NCBI RefSeq assembly: GCF_018977255.1
Contig: NW_024704743.1
Coordinates: 60,080,001-60,144,000 of the forward strand
Source: Callorhinchus milii
Lineage: Eukaryota
Reading direction: 5' to 3'
DNA length: 64,000 bases
Below are positions 12,898 through 25,987 of this stretch, piece by piece; the stretch's first letter is position 1; every line of letters begins with the position of its first letter. The notes below the pieces were generated by a model. It saw only the letters and a list, made by a program, of their open reading frames with translations, searched no databases and was not told the origin of the DNA. The position numbers were made by a program, and so were the translations under genes.

Positions 12898-14009
12898 CTA
12901 GAAAAAGAAGAGTCATATTACTAAAGGCAAAATGATCTAAATTAAGGTATTCCATTAACTTTCAAAGTAAACATCCATTTGGAATGTACAACCCAGTTTG
13001 TTGGTATTCTCCAAACTAGCCTTTGCTTAATTGATTCACAAGTCTACTTAGCACTGTAGGAAATTAATTTTATGAATTCTTGGTGGGGGCAAAATGTGGT
13101 ACGATAAAAATATACCGTTTCACCTAGGATAATGTGTCAAAAAATGCCCAATAGAGCTGGAGTGGGACTATGAGTGTGATGGGGAAAAGGGATGGAGCGG
13201 TGTTGGGAGTAAGGTGACTGAAGAAATAGTGAAAACGATAGGTCTTTAGAAGATTTTGAAAACAGTAATGGAAGATGCAAGGTGTTGATAATCCATTGGC
13301 AGGGGAAGGGGGAATTGAGAGAGAAGAAATGAAATCAATTGCCGCTCATGTATGAGTTCGAAAAGACTCCAGAACACAGTAGACTGAGTAATTGTAATGC
13401 TTTGGACTGGCAATTATAATGTCAGATATTGTCTTGACCCCATCCAATAACCCAGCCAACAATTTTGAACCAACACAATTCCTTCTGCAATGCCCCAATG
13501 TGACGTAAATCCAGTCTTAAGCCAAATTTACCTTCAAATTATTTTTTTCATATTAATTGGTTGCTCAGCTTATTGTTTATGGGATTGCCAATGCAGATTT
13601 GCTTCTGTGTTTTCCTATATAAGATTCTTTTCATTTCTAATCAACTATACTTTGTAAAGCACTTTGAGGCATTTATTTTACAAAGCAGGAAGTGATGTTA
13701 ATGGCAACCTAATGAACCCAGAAGTTGGTGATTTGAGCAAGAAAAGCCAGAAGCAAATGCTTGCACAATAAATGAGTTCACAGTGCAACCCACGTAAAAG
13801 TGAATTTACATTAAAATGAAGCATTAGAATAGGGTTGCACTGTATATCAATGCAGTTTTATTGTTATATGGACCTATAGTGCTATCCAAGAGATGAAATT
13901 ATATTATTAGAGTTCCTGCACTGCTTAGTCCCAATTAATTCTATTGTTTTTAGAAAGGACATCTTAAGTGACTTCCACTGTATTTTATTTTAGGGATAAC
14001 AAAGTGTAT

Positions 14010-14870
14010 GCCTGGGATTGCACTGGCTCCACGGTGACATGTTTGACAATGGAATATTGGAATCCAGCCAATCCTCTGTGGCAGTGTCATTAGTCCAGTT
14101 CCTTAGCCAAGCAAATCCACAATTCAACTGGTTTAAACACTGCCAAAGATGGACTTGCCAGCCTAGCGAACTGGAGGAAGAGCAGACCAGTAACTGGGGA
14201 AAGAGATTCTTTCCACTCGGCTCTACGGTGGTCTGAGCTGGACAAGCAGGAAGCTCACAAGTCAATGTTCACAATGACAAGTTTTATCTGGCTAAACTCC
14301 AACAGTGCCTTAACTGTTCACAGTGGTGTCCCTAAACCTTAGCTCTTGCCAACCTGCACCTAAACTCTCTGGGATTAGTTAAGCAAGCTACGTCCATCAG
14401 AGAGTATGCACTCCATACCAGACATCCAGAAACAGATTTGATAGAGGTGCTTAAGATTATAAAAGGATTCAGTAATGTGGGCAGTTTCTACTTGTTGTTA
14501 ACTCTGAAATGAGAGGGAATAAATATAAGATAGCTAGTATACACCTAAGAGGCAGTTTAGAAGGAACTTCTTTACGCAGAGGATGGTGAGAATGTTGAAG
14601 CAAAAATCATCAACGTATTAAAGAGAAAATGATGCATACATGAGGGAGAAAGGAATAGAGGATTATAGAAAGGGTGCAGGTTTGTATGGAGTATAAACAA
14701 CAAAATAGACTAGCTGGGATGAATGGCCTGTTTCTGTGCCTTATCGTTTTATATAATTCCACGTAAATTTCCATATATATGTGGAACTCCCAGTAGTTTA
14801 GTTTGGTACTCTTAAGCAGGGTGAGGAGTTTCCACATGTGTCAGACAACCAGCTGACCAAACAATAACAA
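14010..14870 (+). repeat. Unclassified A-tailed repeat (family X), interrupted by a CR1 3' fragment at ~14433-14765
   Basis: Collinear with 25988..26600; ends CATGTGTCAGACAACCAGCTGACCAAA. Confidence 0.8.
14433..14765 (+). mobile_element. CR1 LINE 3' fragment
   Basis: GATTTGATAGAGGTGCTTAAGATTATAAAAGG...TTCTTTACGCAGAGGATGGTG...GAATGGCCTGTTTCTGTGC. Confidence 0.8.
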
Positions 14871-15081
14871 TTATATTCATCAGGTAATAAAAATAAGATC
14901 TTGAACAAAATGTAGAAGTTTGGTAAATCAGAATATAACATTATTGTTGAACAAACAAACATCATTTCAAATTAGGAGCATTTACCAATGTCCACCAGCT
15001 AATTTTAATTTCATACAACCATTAGGGAGCTATTTTCCAACAAATCATATGAAGAAATAACTGCTAAAATGAGTTTATTAC

Positions 15082-15178
15082 CCTGCTTTGAAGTTTCTTA
15101 ACTTCTGCTGCATGAACATTTTCAATTTCTTCAAATTTCTTTCTGTCAGTATCCTGGCGCTTGACAAATTCAATTTCC
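15082..15178 (-). CDS. PPP1R9A: Neurabin-1 exon, coiled coil (97 nt, phase 2-0)
   Basis: ttttccag|GGAAATT...AGCAGG|gtaata; encodes [32 protein letters not shown]. Confidence 0.92.
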
Positions 15179-15260
15179 CTGGAAAAAAACAATAAAGCTT
15201 TTCAGGTTAAGGTGGTCATTCTCAGTTTTCTGTTCATTATTTTTTAAAAAGATGACATAC

Positions 15261-15490
15261 TTCTGCTGATAATCTTTAATCAATTTCTTGGCTTTGTTGT
15301 ATTTCTTCTCCAAGGTTTGGTACTGACTCTGTGTCTCTTTCAGATGTTCATTGACAGTGTGACATAGTGTCTGCGCCTCAATCCAATAGCTTTCCAATTT
15401 TAGCATTCTTTCTTTGTTTTCTTCAATGTTCTGTTGGAGTTGCGTCTTTTCCAGTTCCCACTGACTCCTCTCATTCTCTGTTAATTGGAG
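15261..15490 (-). CDS. PPP1R9A: Neurabin-1 exon, coiled coil (230 nt, phase 0-2)
   Basis: tttatcag|CTCCAA...CAGAA|gtatgt; encodes [76 protein letters not shown](K); overlaps ORF 15170..15406. Confidence 0.96.
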
Positions 15491-16929
15491 CTGATAAACA
15501 CAGGCAAATAAATAATTTAAGTCAAATACAATTCAACTTGTCAAATCCATTGCTACATTTTATTTCCATCTTCAATTTTAAAGACATTTGTTACATGTCA
15601 AAAGGTAAATAAACACAAGATATTTCACAGCAAGTAGTCTGCACAAAAGCAACGTAGGAGAAAATTGTGGAAATGGCTGTTTGACACAATATTGATTGCA
15701 GTCTGCATGTGAATGGAAATTTCTTATGGGAAGACAAGAGGGATGGTAACATTAAAGAATAATATTTAATGTTTTACAAAAATCAAACCGTGATATTGGC
15801 ACTGGGGAATGGAGCTCATTGCCATTTCAGGCACTCTGTCAATGTGTAACAAGGCCAACTGGAAGATAAACTACTTTGCTCCAAAAATGTATCATAACCA
15901 TTAATCTCACCACATTCTCTCCCCACTCCTCTAATAACAATATAATATTTCTACTTTCTCTAAATAAATGTAACTGTTTCTGAATTCAGGGAAGCTTTGT
16001 GTTATAGTAATTAGATTTAGATTGTCCAATTTCATTTTAAGCGGTATCCTCACAGCAAACAAAGAAAGTCCTTTGTTCCACCAGTTCTGAGTGGGATTCC
16101 AACCTTCAAATCCGGATCTCAAAGATGAAATGATCACATGCTAACCAATCCCCTTAATTATGTATTTTAAATTCAAGTTATTAGGTACAAATTCTGAAAG
16201 AGTTAGTGGAATTATCTATATTCCAGCGTATATCTTTGTATGAATAATAAACAAAATATTTAATAACTAATACCCGTAACAGTTCAGCCAAAACCTGTCA
16301 AGATCCATGATCAGCAGAGGATAAGTTAATTTGCACTACCTGCATTTATACTAATTTTGGGTGAAATCACCTTCTTCTATGTGGCCTTGGCAAGTAGGCT
16401 CCAGTGCAAATGGCTTCACAACTCAAAACCAAATTAAACTGAATCAATGTGAACAGTATAAAGTAGATGTTAAAAACATCATATTTCAAAAATATAATTA
16501 GGAACTCAAGGATAAGTCAAACATTTTGTTGAAATGAAATTCTCTTGACTTTTAATTTCAAGGGGTGAAGAAATAGCAACAGTTTGAGAATTTGGAAACA
16601 ATATGTTTTGATACCTGCAATAACTTGCACTTGCACAGCATTTATCACACAATTATCTTGAAGCTTAGAAAGATATGATGGCAAGCACCAAACAGGAGAT
16701 GGAGATTTAAAGGTTTTGAGCAAACGCTCAAGAGATACATTCTGAAAGGGTTTTAAAGGGAGGCAAAGACGCATCAAAGCAAAGTGGTTTTGGAAACAAA
16801 TTTGAGGATACGGCACATTAGCTGAAGGCATAATCACTAATAATGGGTCAGAGAAGGTAGAGCAAATAATAGATCAATTGTGAAGGGTACAAGCCAGAGA
16901 ATAGGGCTGGAAAAGACTCAGAATCGAGT

Positions 16930-17430
16930 GAACCCTCTGTGGAAATCCTGTTAGCCAGGCAGGTCTGCAGAACTCCAGGGCATTATTGATGACAACCCAG
17001 CCAGCCAGGCTCATCAGTAGGACTTGGAAGGGCAGACCAGTTACTGGGTCAGGGATTCTTGTTAACTCAGCTCCTGTTAACCCTGCAAGCCATGACCCTA
17101 ACAGGTAGGGAGGTCTTAGGTGGGCAAACAGAGGGAACGCTTGCCAGACAGTGCTTTCAATGGTAAGCTTTGTGGTACAGCTGGCTAAACTCCAGCAGTA
17201 CCCCAATGGATACTACAGGGTCCCTAAACCTTGGTTCCTGCCAGCCCAAGTCTGAATCTCTCTGGAATTAAACAAGCAGCTGCAACCCTCCAAGTAGAAA
17301 ATGCACAGTAAATTCAAATACATAGGAATTTCCATGGAGGTGGGATGCATGGAACTCTTAGTTTGGTCTGGATACTCTTAAGCATGGCGATGGGTTTCCA
17401 CATGTGTCAGTTACCCGCCTAATGAAAAAA
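16930..17430 (+). repeat. Unclassified A-tailed repeat (family X)
   Basis: Collinear with other copies; ends GGATACTCTTAAGCATGGCGATGGGTTTCCACATGTGTCAG...AAAAAA. Confidence 0.85.
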
Positions 17431-18609
17431 TAGGAGGGCATTGGAAAAATTAAAATGACACAGATATGGATAAGGATTTTGGCAGCAGTTAAGTAGAGGC
17501 AATTCCATAAGTGGCAAAATTTTGAAGATCAATGAATGGTCTTTATTTTGATAAAGTGTCAGATGACACACAGCTGAGGGATCAGAACAGTAAGGTTGCA
17601 CACCAGCTGCTTGAGTCTGAGCAAGTCGCCAGGGAGCTTGATGGAGTCTGAGATAGTGATTGAAGGACAAATAGTGATCATGCCTGTTTTTAATACTCGT
17701 TACATTATTAGTAGCAAAGTCAGTTGCTTTTGGATGTAGTAATATGCATCATTTATGATGATTAAGTCAAGAAAATTAAAAAAATCAATTCCCCCCAACC
17801 TCATGCTTGCTGTTCCTATCTAATTGATACACAATTTGTTTATCAATTTTCTTGGTTAAACTGTTTGATTGCATTTCTGAATATACATCAGTTATGTCAT
17901 ACCCAGATACTAATAAAATGATCAAAACTGTTGTTTGAGCTGTTGAAGTCTTATTTGTTATAACTGAAATAAAGTACTGCAGTTTATGGACGAAATGACA
18001 AATACAAACTAGCCCCAAATTACTGCTGAGCACTCTCAAAACAAATCATTACACAGTAATTTTTAAAAACAATACATACATTTTGTATTGATTTATGATA
18101 ATTTTAGAAGCATGGTTGGAGGAGACCCTGGTGTTATATATTTTAGAATCTCTGTACAAGATCAAACTGTTTAACATTTAACTTTACACCCTGGAATAAG
18201 TCTCAACACAGTTAACATAATACAAAACCTCCACTCTAATTATGCACATTATTTTTTAATTCTAATCATTTCATTAACTAAATAATTCCTGGTACATCAT
18301 TGTCAATCACACAAAAACACAGATAAATAATTGTTGAAGCCAATTCATACAAAAACAGTTTTAAATTCAAAACCATAAAATTTCACAAAATAATGCTAAA
18401 TATTGCAGATTATTCATTTACAGTCTTGAACAAAATTAGCTTGCATTCTGCTTTTCAGTCTACTTTATATTATTAAAATGCAAATATTACATTGTGAAAT
18501 TAAAAGATACAAAAAAGATTCAGATACAGAAATTACGGTTGTTTTTTATACTCACAGCTAAAGAGGATGTAAACAAGTTATTGTTCAAATTTATTTTATA
18601 GTTTCCTAC

Positions 18610-18663
18610 CTTAGTTTTCAATTTTTGAATTTCTGCTTCAGTGACAGCATGTTTGATCTGTAG
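18610..18663 (-). CDS. PPP1R9A: Neurabin-1 exon, coiled-coil start (54 nt, phase 0-0)
   Basis: ccatccag|CTACAG...ACTAAG|gtagga; encodes LQIKHAVTEAEIQKLKTK. Confidence 0.95.
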
Positions 18664-19674
18664 CTGGATGGACACAAAATAATAATGCTGTCAGGTGGTA
18701 TTCTACAAAGCCCCAACAGCACCCGGAAAAAAAAACCTTATTCACCAGTTAAAGCCATTCTCATACTACTGCAGTGCAGTGCACTGTAAATTAAATGGTA
18801 GCTTGTGTGATGACTCATATAGAGTCTGATTAAAGCCATACTGTATCTAATATTGCTTACCCTTCACAAATTTAAACTGGTCTACATTCAAAAAAACTGG
18901 GACTGAGTTACTGTGGCAAAGTAGTCAAAATAAATTCTGCAGTATGCTGGGACTGGATGATTTCCTATTACGAGCTACTTCAACATGTTTTTGAATAGTT
19001 GCAACTGTCAGCCATTCATATTTTGTATATAGTTCTATTAGTAAGGTCACTTTATTAGCTTTGAAAAAATTGAGTCAATCAAAAACCGAGTAATAATAGT
19101 TCCTCATGTTTTAAATTGAATCTGAAAGAAAAATATGTTTTATTTTTAAGGGAGTTTTGTTTAAAAAGAATTCAATGTAAAATGAAGAGACATAAATTAG
19201 GCAGGCACAATTTGTAAGTAATCTTTCTGTGGTTTGAAAAGGGAAGAGGCACTTTAGTGGTGAGGAATGTAAAGTTTCTATCTTAAATACCTACGATTAA
19301 GATCAAACTCTTTTGATGTGTGTAACACAGCTAGAAGGAGAATAAGGCCAACTTCACCACTTTTCTCTGACTGTAGTTCAGTGCTTCAAGACACTATCCC
19401 GTGAAACAGGCTCTATATTAATGCAAGTTGTTGTCACATCAAAATTAAATTCTACCTCGTTTTAGTCTGTAACACCATATTTAAGGTCACACAGAATTGT
19501 GAAAAATTCTAAAATTTGGTCTAGACTTGGAAAACAGTTTTCCGCACTTGTTGTAAAGATTTGGCTTCCAAATAAGTGAATCATTCCTTAGCCCCCAAAT
19601 CTAAAGCCATCTACTGCACAACAACGGCAACTTTGTCATACAAACTATTCTTGCACCTTGCGTAGCAATTTGTT

Positions 19675-19930
19675 AATAATAAAAATCCTTGCATTTGATA
19701 TAGCTCCTTATCACGTCAAGATATCTCAAAGCATTACGTACTGTAAAGTGAATTGATTGTATTTTGTGTGTGAAATGCAGCAGCCAATTGCGCACAACAA
19801 TCAGCTACAGAGTGAGTGACCAATTTTACCTGGGGACTTGTTGGCCAGAATTCAGAAACACTGGGAGAAACTCTCTTCTCTTTTTGAATAATATGATGGG
19901 ATTTTTAACATCTACCTGAACGTCTCATCC
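19675..19930 (-). mobile_element. SINE 3' portion (Deu-like with L2-type tail)
   Basis: GTGCGCAATTGGCTGC and ATCAAATGCAAGGA motifs. Confidence 0.7.
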
Positions 19931-21991
19931 AAATGAAGGATTTTGTTAATATGTTCCAAGTTCATAAAGTCATTTATATTTTGGGCTTCCATGATTGATT
20001 TCTAGTTATGCAGACAAGATTAACTTTTTCCTGGGAGAATCCAATATTTCTTCCAGCTAGCCTTTAAAGAAAACTGCATATTTGATCTGTACAATCAGTT
20101 TATATTATGTTGTGACTCATATAAAATATGTTAAACTATACCATATTTTTAAATTTTAAACAAATTAACAAAAACATTGAAGATTGAAAGCTCACAGTGC
20201 GGTCGAGAAGTCAGCTTTCTACAAATCAAAGCTATACTCCACATACCATGGATAAATCAAATTGTACAACAGAAAAGTCTAGATTGTTGTCTGACTCTTT
20301 GAAAGATTTGTCCACCAAAACCAATGTGACCTTTGCTTTTACCATATTGAATAAGAATGTGCTCTCAACTTCAGTTCTTTTTTTAATAGAGAAGGAATAA
20401 CAATGTAACATTTAGAATAAAATCAGTTTTACCGTATAATAAATACTTAGGAATAGGGCTTAGTCCTTTCCAAATTGTTCCTTAAATAAATCCTATGAAG
20501 TCCAAAGTAGCAGTCATTTCAGTAAATGATGATTTCAATCAGATGTGAACAGAAATATAATTGAAACATGATTAGCATAACAAAAGCCTGGGACCCCTTC
20601 TCTGTATTGTTAGTAACTTGACTGAATACACCATAAAACATTCTCACTGTAAACTGCTTGCCAAGTCATATAAATATTAGAGCTACTTTAAATGCTGAAA
20701 ATGCCATATCTTAGTTTGTAATAATTACAGTACAATAGAGTACATATTCAAAAATTCCTTTTAAAAAACAGAATTTGCAAAATCAAACCTTCTAAGAACC
20801 AATGAAAATACAAAGCCCAAACTAGCAGCATATAACAAACTGTAGGGCATACCTAGATGGGCACAAACTGTTTTAAACAGTACATTAAAAACAAATGGTT
20901 TAGGTTTAAAGAATGTGAATATCAATAATTCTGAACATTTAGACATGAAAACATATCAAATCCCCTTCAGTATACGTTTGATCATCTGGTAACAGAGACA
21001 AGCACACCTGAAAAATCCAGTTAAGATCACTGCAGATTCTGAAAATGTGAAAAACACACGTGAGGCACAACTTCATGTGAAAAATGTTGATGACTAAAGG
21101 TGCATAATCTCCATATCTTCTTTATTCTTTAGATGCTTTATGTTCCACCACAGTACTTTATAATGGAGTAAAGTAGACTGTATTACAGGAAGAACTGGCA
21201 TTTCTTTGCAATGAATACTGTTTAAAGGTGTATAAGGTTTTCCAGAATATCTTCAAGCTGCCTCTTGACTAAACCTCAATAGCTGGTACTCAAACAGAGA
21301 TTCTCTCTGATATAGGTATAAAAATGACAACTGGAGAGCAACCACTGTGTGGTGAATGGCAAATGACTATGTTGTGAAAGGCATTTTCTCTAGAGAATCC
21401 CCTATCTCTCACACAGACATTTTTTTAATGAGATCTCAGTGCGAACTACATGATTTACAACAAACTAACTGTTAGTGACCAAACAGTGTTTAGAACATTA
21501 AAGTGCTTATTACACACCACTGTCAGGGAATTCTGACTTTGTTGACAGTAAGAAAGGATGCAATGAACCACCCCATAATCCAAATGTTTTGGACTAGAAC
21601 TTTATTTCCACAGTATAAAAAGATTTGGAGGGATTGTAACCTCCTAATTTAAATGATAAATGGTAACCGTTGATCATTTCAGATTTATGGTAAAAAGCAG
21701 GATACCATAACTTCCTGAATCAAATTAAATTCAGCAGAAATGTTACAAGAGGGCAAGGATCTGCTTTATCCTCAAGCCACATCTGATCAGGTGCCTCAAT
21801 ATAAGAACTTGATAGCTCAGTTGGTTGTGCACTGGATTTAGGATTAGTGGTTTCACTCAGCTCTTGCCCTAAGGTCGATAATAAGGATACTGTGTGTGGA
21901 AAATATCTTGAGGAGGGGAACAGAGGAAAGAGAAGATACGTGGGCTGAAAGAACTCAAGGTGGCATTTGGCAAAATCAGGTATGGCACATT

Positions 21992-22290
21992 AATAATAAT
22001 CTTTGTATTTGATATAGCATTGGGGATATAGCATCTTATCATGTCTTTGAGACGTCTCAAAGCACTTCACAGAATATACTGCGAAGTGAATGGACTGTAT
22101 ATTTTGTAGGTGAAATGTGGCAGCCAAATGCGCACGAGTGACCAAATTATTATATTTTTTATTTTATTTTTGAAGGGATTATTACCCAGGAAAAATAATT
22201 CAGCAATCGACTAACAACCAGGTTCCTACTTACTGCTAGATAAACAGAGGCGTGTGGAGTAAGGAAATTTGCCCAACGTTTCGCCCTGTA
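21992..22290 (-). mobile_element. tRNA-derived SINE lacking its head
   Basis: Middle and tail match full-length copies. Confidence 0.85.
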
Positions 22291-23799
22291 CTCTCTATCC
22301 TGTAAGCCAAAGCCAGAGGATAGAAGCAATCCTAGATGGGCAAGTATTGAACTCCATAGTTGCTTTAATTACTTGGCATTTAAAATTAATTATTCATCAG
22401 TGGTTCAGGCAAATTGGTTTTCATGTATAAACATCTTAAAAAATAGATTTTCACCATATTACTATAGTTTCAAAGACAACCACATCAGAGTATTACAGTG
22501 GGACAGAGTTCCATAGATGTGGTTGGATTTACCTAGAATATGAAAGGGAAAAGGTTGACAATTTGACCATATGACCATGACAGTTTTCTGAGGATGTCAT
22601 TTTTGCAGTGTTTTTATTCCATTGAATAATTTATTATGAAAAAGAAACGGCCAAATTTAACAATAAACGACAATGTGGATTGTGGATATTAAACATAAAA
22701 AATTGACATTGAAAACCTGAAGCCTAAATAGTTCTCCTTGATACTTTGACTCAATCTGTATATCTGAATTCCATCACCTTGAATGTCATTGAGCCTCTAC
22801 AACTATTTAACCCGCCCCCACCCACCCCGCCCCAGAAATGCTGATAGAATTTGCAGTCTTCAGTGTTGCTTCTTTTATTTAAAATTATAAAATGCGTCAA
22901 AAACATTTAATAGAAAAATGATCTGAAGGCAAAGAAGATCTGATTTAGCAAGAGGCAAACACTTCATGCAACTTTATGCCAAATTTAAAATTTGAAGCTG
23001 GCATAAAGAGACCACAATCTCCAGACTTAAATAAACAAGATTAATTAAGACTTGCCCTGACTGCAAAGCTTACTTTTTCTTGTGATTAAAGAGCATGCAA
23101 TGTGATTACTGTTAACTTTTAGGACTAAAGAACTAAAGATAACCACCTGAACATTCTTAAAGGAATGGTAAAATAAGGTCACATGGGTTCCAACTGAAAA
23201 GTCTCTTAGAGGGGCACTCATCCCTCTATTTCTTCAGTTGAACAACTTACCATCTGTGTGGTATGTGGAATATAAAATAATCATAATTTGGCAAAAAAAA
23301 AATTAAATTACTTCTGAATTGCTTGTATTCATATAAATGTTTCTACAAAAAGATAATAATGCAAAATGAGCAGTGGATGTAGCATTATTTGTTCTGAAAG
23401 CATGAGTCAAAAGTGTATATCCATATTACTACGGAGCTATAATATTTAATACAACTTGCATTTAGCATTAATCGTGCACAGTGAGCTGGTGAATTAAAGA
23501 TGCTGACCAAAGGCATGGTCAAAGAGATGCTTTTAGGAAGTTTTCAACAGCAGGGAGAAAGATAGCAAGGCAAGAGGTTTTGAAAAAAAGTTCCAGAGGA
23601 CAGACACACTGGCAGCTAAAAGCTAGATTGAAGGGGTAGGGAGCGAGCACTAAAACAGATTAATGTGGATAGCAATTTGAACACACTGTCTGTGAGCAAA
23701 AGCACCAGGAAGCAGTGGGATTTGATTCTAAAGTTTTAAACAGCTTGGTCATGGAGGTTGTTTTTGTTATGGGCACTAAATATAACATTAACAAATAAT

Positions 23800-24100
23800 T
23801 CTTACTTTTGCTGTAGTAGTTTTCACAGTGGAAGGATGTCTCAAAGTGCTTTACAGGACACACTGTAAAGTATAGCAACTGTGTGTTTTGTAGGCAAACA
23901 CAGTAATGTCCCACAAACATGCAGTGAATAATCAAATTTCCTTCGGGGATTAAAGAAACTCCCAAAGGATAGATGAAGCATGCCCCAACACTGCGTTGAG
24001 TGTCAGCATAGACTGTAAGAGGTCCAAGTCCAGACATAGGTCTTGAATCAGCAACTTTCTGACTCAGGCGAGAGTGCTACCGACCGAGCCCGGCTGACAC
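23800..24100 (-). mobile_element. Old DeuSINE-like copy
   Basis: Head GGCTCGGTCGGTAGCACTCTCGCCTGAGTCAGAAAGTT; tail GTAAAGCACTTTGAGACATCC. Confidence 0.7.
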
Positions 24101-25075
24101 ACAAGAAACTCTACAGACTCAAAGCAGTATTTTTCCAGGTGGAACTGCTCTACTTGGAGGTTTGAGGAGGTGATAAGTCTCATTACTGAACCAGACAAGC
24201 TAGTCAAGCATCAATAATGTTGTGGATTAATGCAGACCAATTCACCTATAGGGAGAATCCATTTATCTTTGTTTCCCCCCTCCCAGATATTTTTAGATAT
24301 GGTATAATTTTTCGACCCCAAATGGCGAAAGAGCTGAGTGAACCCAGTAGGAAATAAACCAAGAACCCAAGTAAGCTGCCCGGGAGAAGTAAAATATGAT
24401 CTTGTGCCAAAAGCAAGTATATTCAGCCGATTCCAAATTGTATTCCTAGATAAGAAACATGTAGCATACATGCTTGATCCCATGATTCACTGGTAAAACA
24501 TTTAAGGTCATAGCAAGCTGGGGGCTTATAGATCAGCCCCAAAAGAAATGCATGCCCATTTTTGAAATGAGGTTTAATGTAGAACTCCAAATCTCGCAAA
24601 TATGCTTGAGTTATTGAGATGCCAAGCAAGCATTTCCAGGCAGACCTCCTGCATTCTTTTCATAAATCCTGCAACATGCAATTATCAGAAAAAATCATGT
24701 GTATTAAGTAACAGAAACTAGCATTTAAAAGGAAAGATGCAATACAAGAAACACTTTGAAATACAAACAAGCACACGCAAACTTACATTAATGTTCACTG
24801 CATATAAATGTTTCCCATGACCCAATTCTTGAATCAAAAAATATAGCCAACTCTTCTGTATGCAGTCTTTTTGTCTGTACTGACCTGTTGCATGTAAGCA
24901 GCCTCTTTTGGAATTTTAAAAACAACTACCTTTTGAAAAATATAATCATACTTTTCAGAATGCCTTTGTCCAGGGAATTACTTCAAGCTCTTGGTATTTC
25001 AAAAAAGACTACTGTCTACACTCAATGTCTTCATGTTTGACCATATTTTGGTCTATTGACTGTATTCCTGGTTAC

Positions 25076-25231
25076 CTCTTTGAATTTGTGAGCAATCTTG
25101 TTGGTGTCCACCTCTGTAGGAGAAAACATGTCATCGGTTTCAGGCAGGTCAAACACTTCAATCGCCATTTCACCACCTGTGAGAACTGGACCAATTTCTT
25201 CTTCTTCCTCATCAGTGGCATATTCTCCTGT
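25076..25231 (-). CDS. PPP1R9A: Neurabin-1 exon, acidic linker (156 nt, phase 0-0)
   Basis: gttaag|ACAGGAGAA...AAAGAG|gtaacc; encodes [52 protein letters not shown]. Confidence 0.95.
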
Positions 25232-25987
25232 CTTAACATCAAATTACATTTTTGCAAGAATGAATACTTAAGTTAAACATGTATAATTTGTTTTTAAGAC
25301 AACAGAATGGCAATAAATAAAAGGGCACATATGTCCATTCATGAAAATGCAATAATTATAGTGTCTAGCTTGTGTAATTATAATGTGGAATTGTGTTCAA
25401 ACATTATTCCATCAGTGTCTCTCTTCCCCCAACAAATTTCGCAATGTTAGGGGTTGAAGTGCTGTACCAAGGAATATAATGATTGCAGAATAATAGTAGT
25501 ACTACAAAAAACGTAGCTGAAACATGAATGAGATAGATGCTTGTTGAGTACAATGCTCAATAACTATTTATCTTTCTTCCAAATTTCACTAAAATAGCTA
25601 AATAGCCTGTGCACTATACTGCAACAAGAAGACAGAACAAAAGCTTGTCATGCAGACTGCAATTTTTTCCAAGCAATGCGTTATTTCACACATATAACCC
25701 AGAAGCAAAGCAACATCTTTGAAAAAATACATAAAAGGACAACTACCCGAAGCCTGATTCTCAAGATCTGACATTTGCTTTTTAAAAAAAAATGTCTACA
25801 TGAATATTGTTAAATATGAAATACAAATCTCTAATACACCCAAGGGGATAGATTTGTAAGGCCAAATATTCTATATTACTGATAGATTTTACAAGTAAGG
25901 CATAAATTACCTTTTTTCAGTTTCAATTTTTAATAATTTTACAAAAACAGAAGATAGCATAAAAAAGGTGAAAATGCTATTTGGCTC

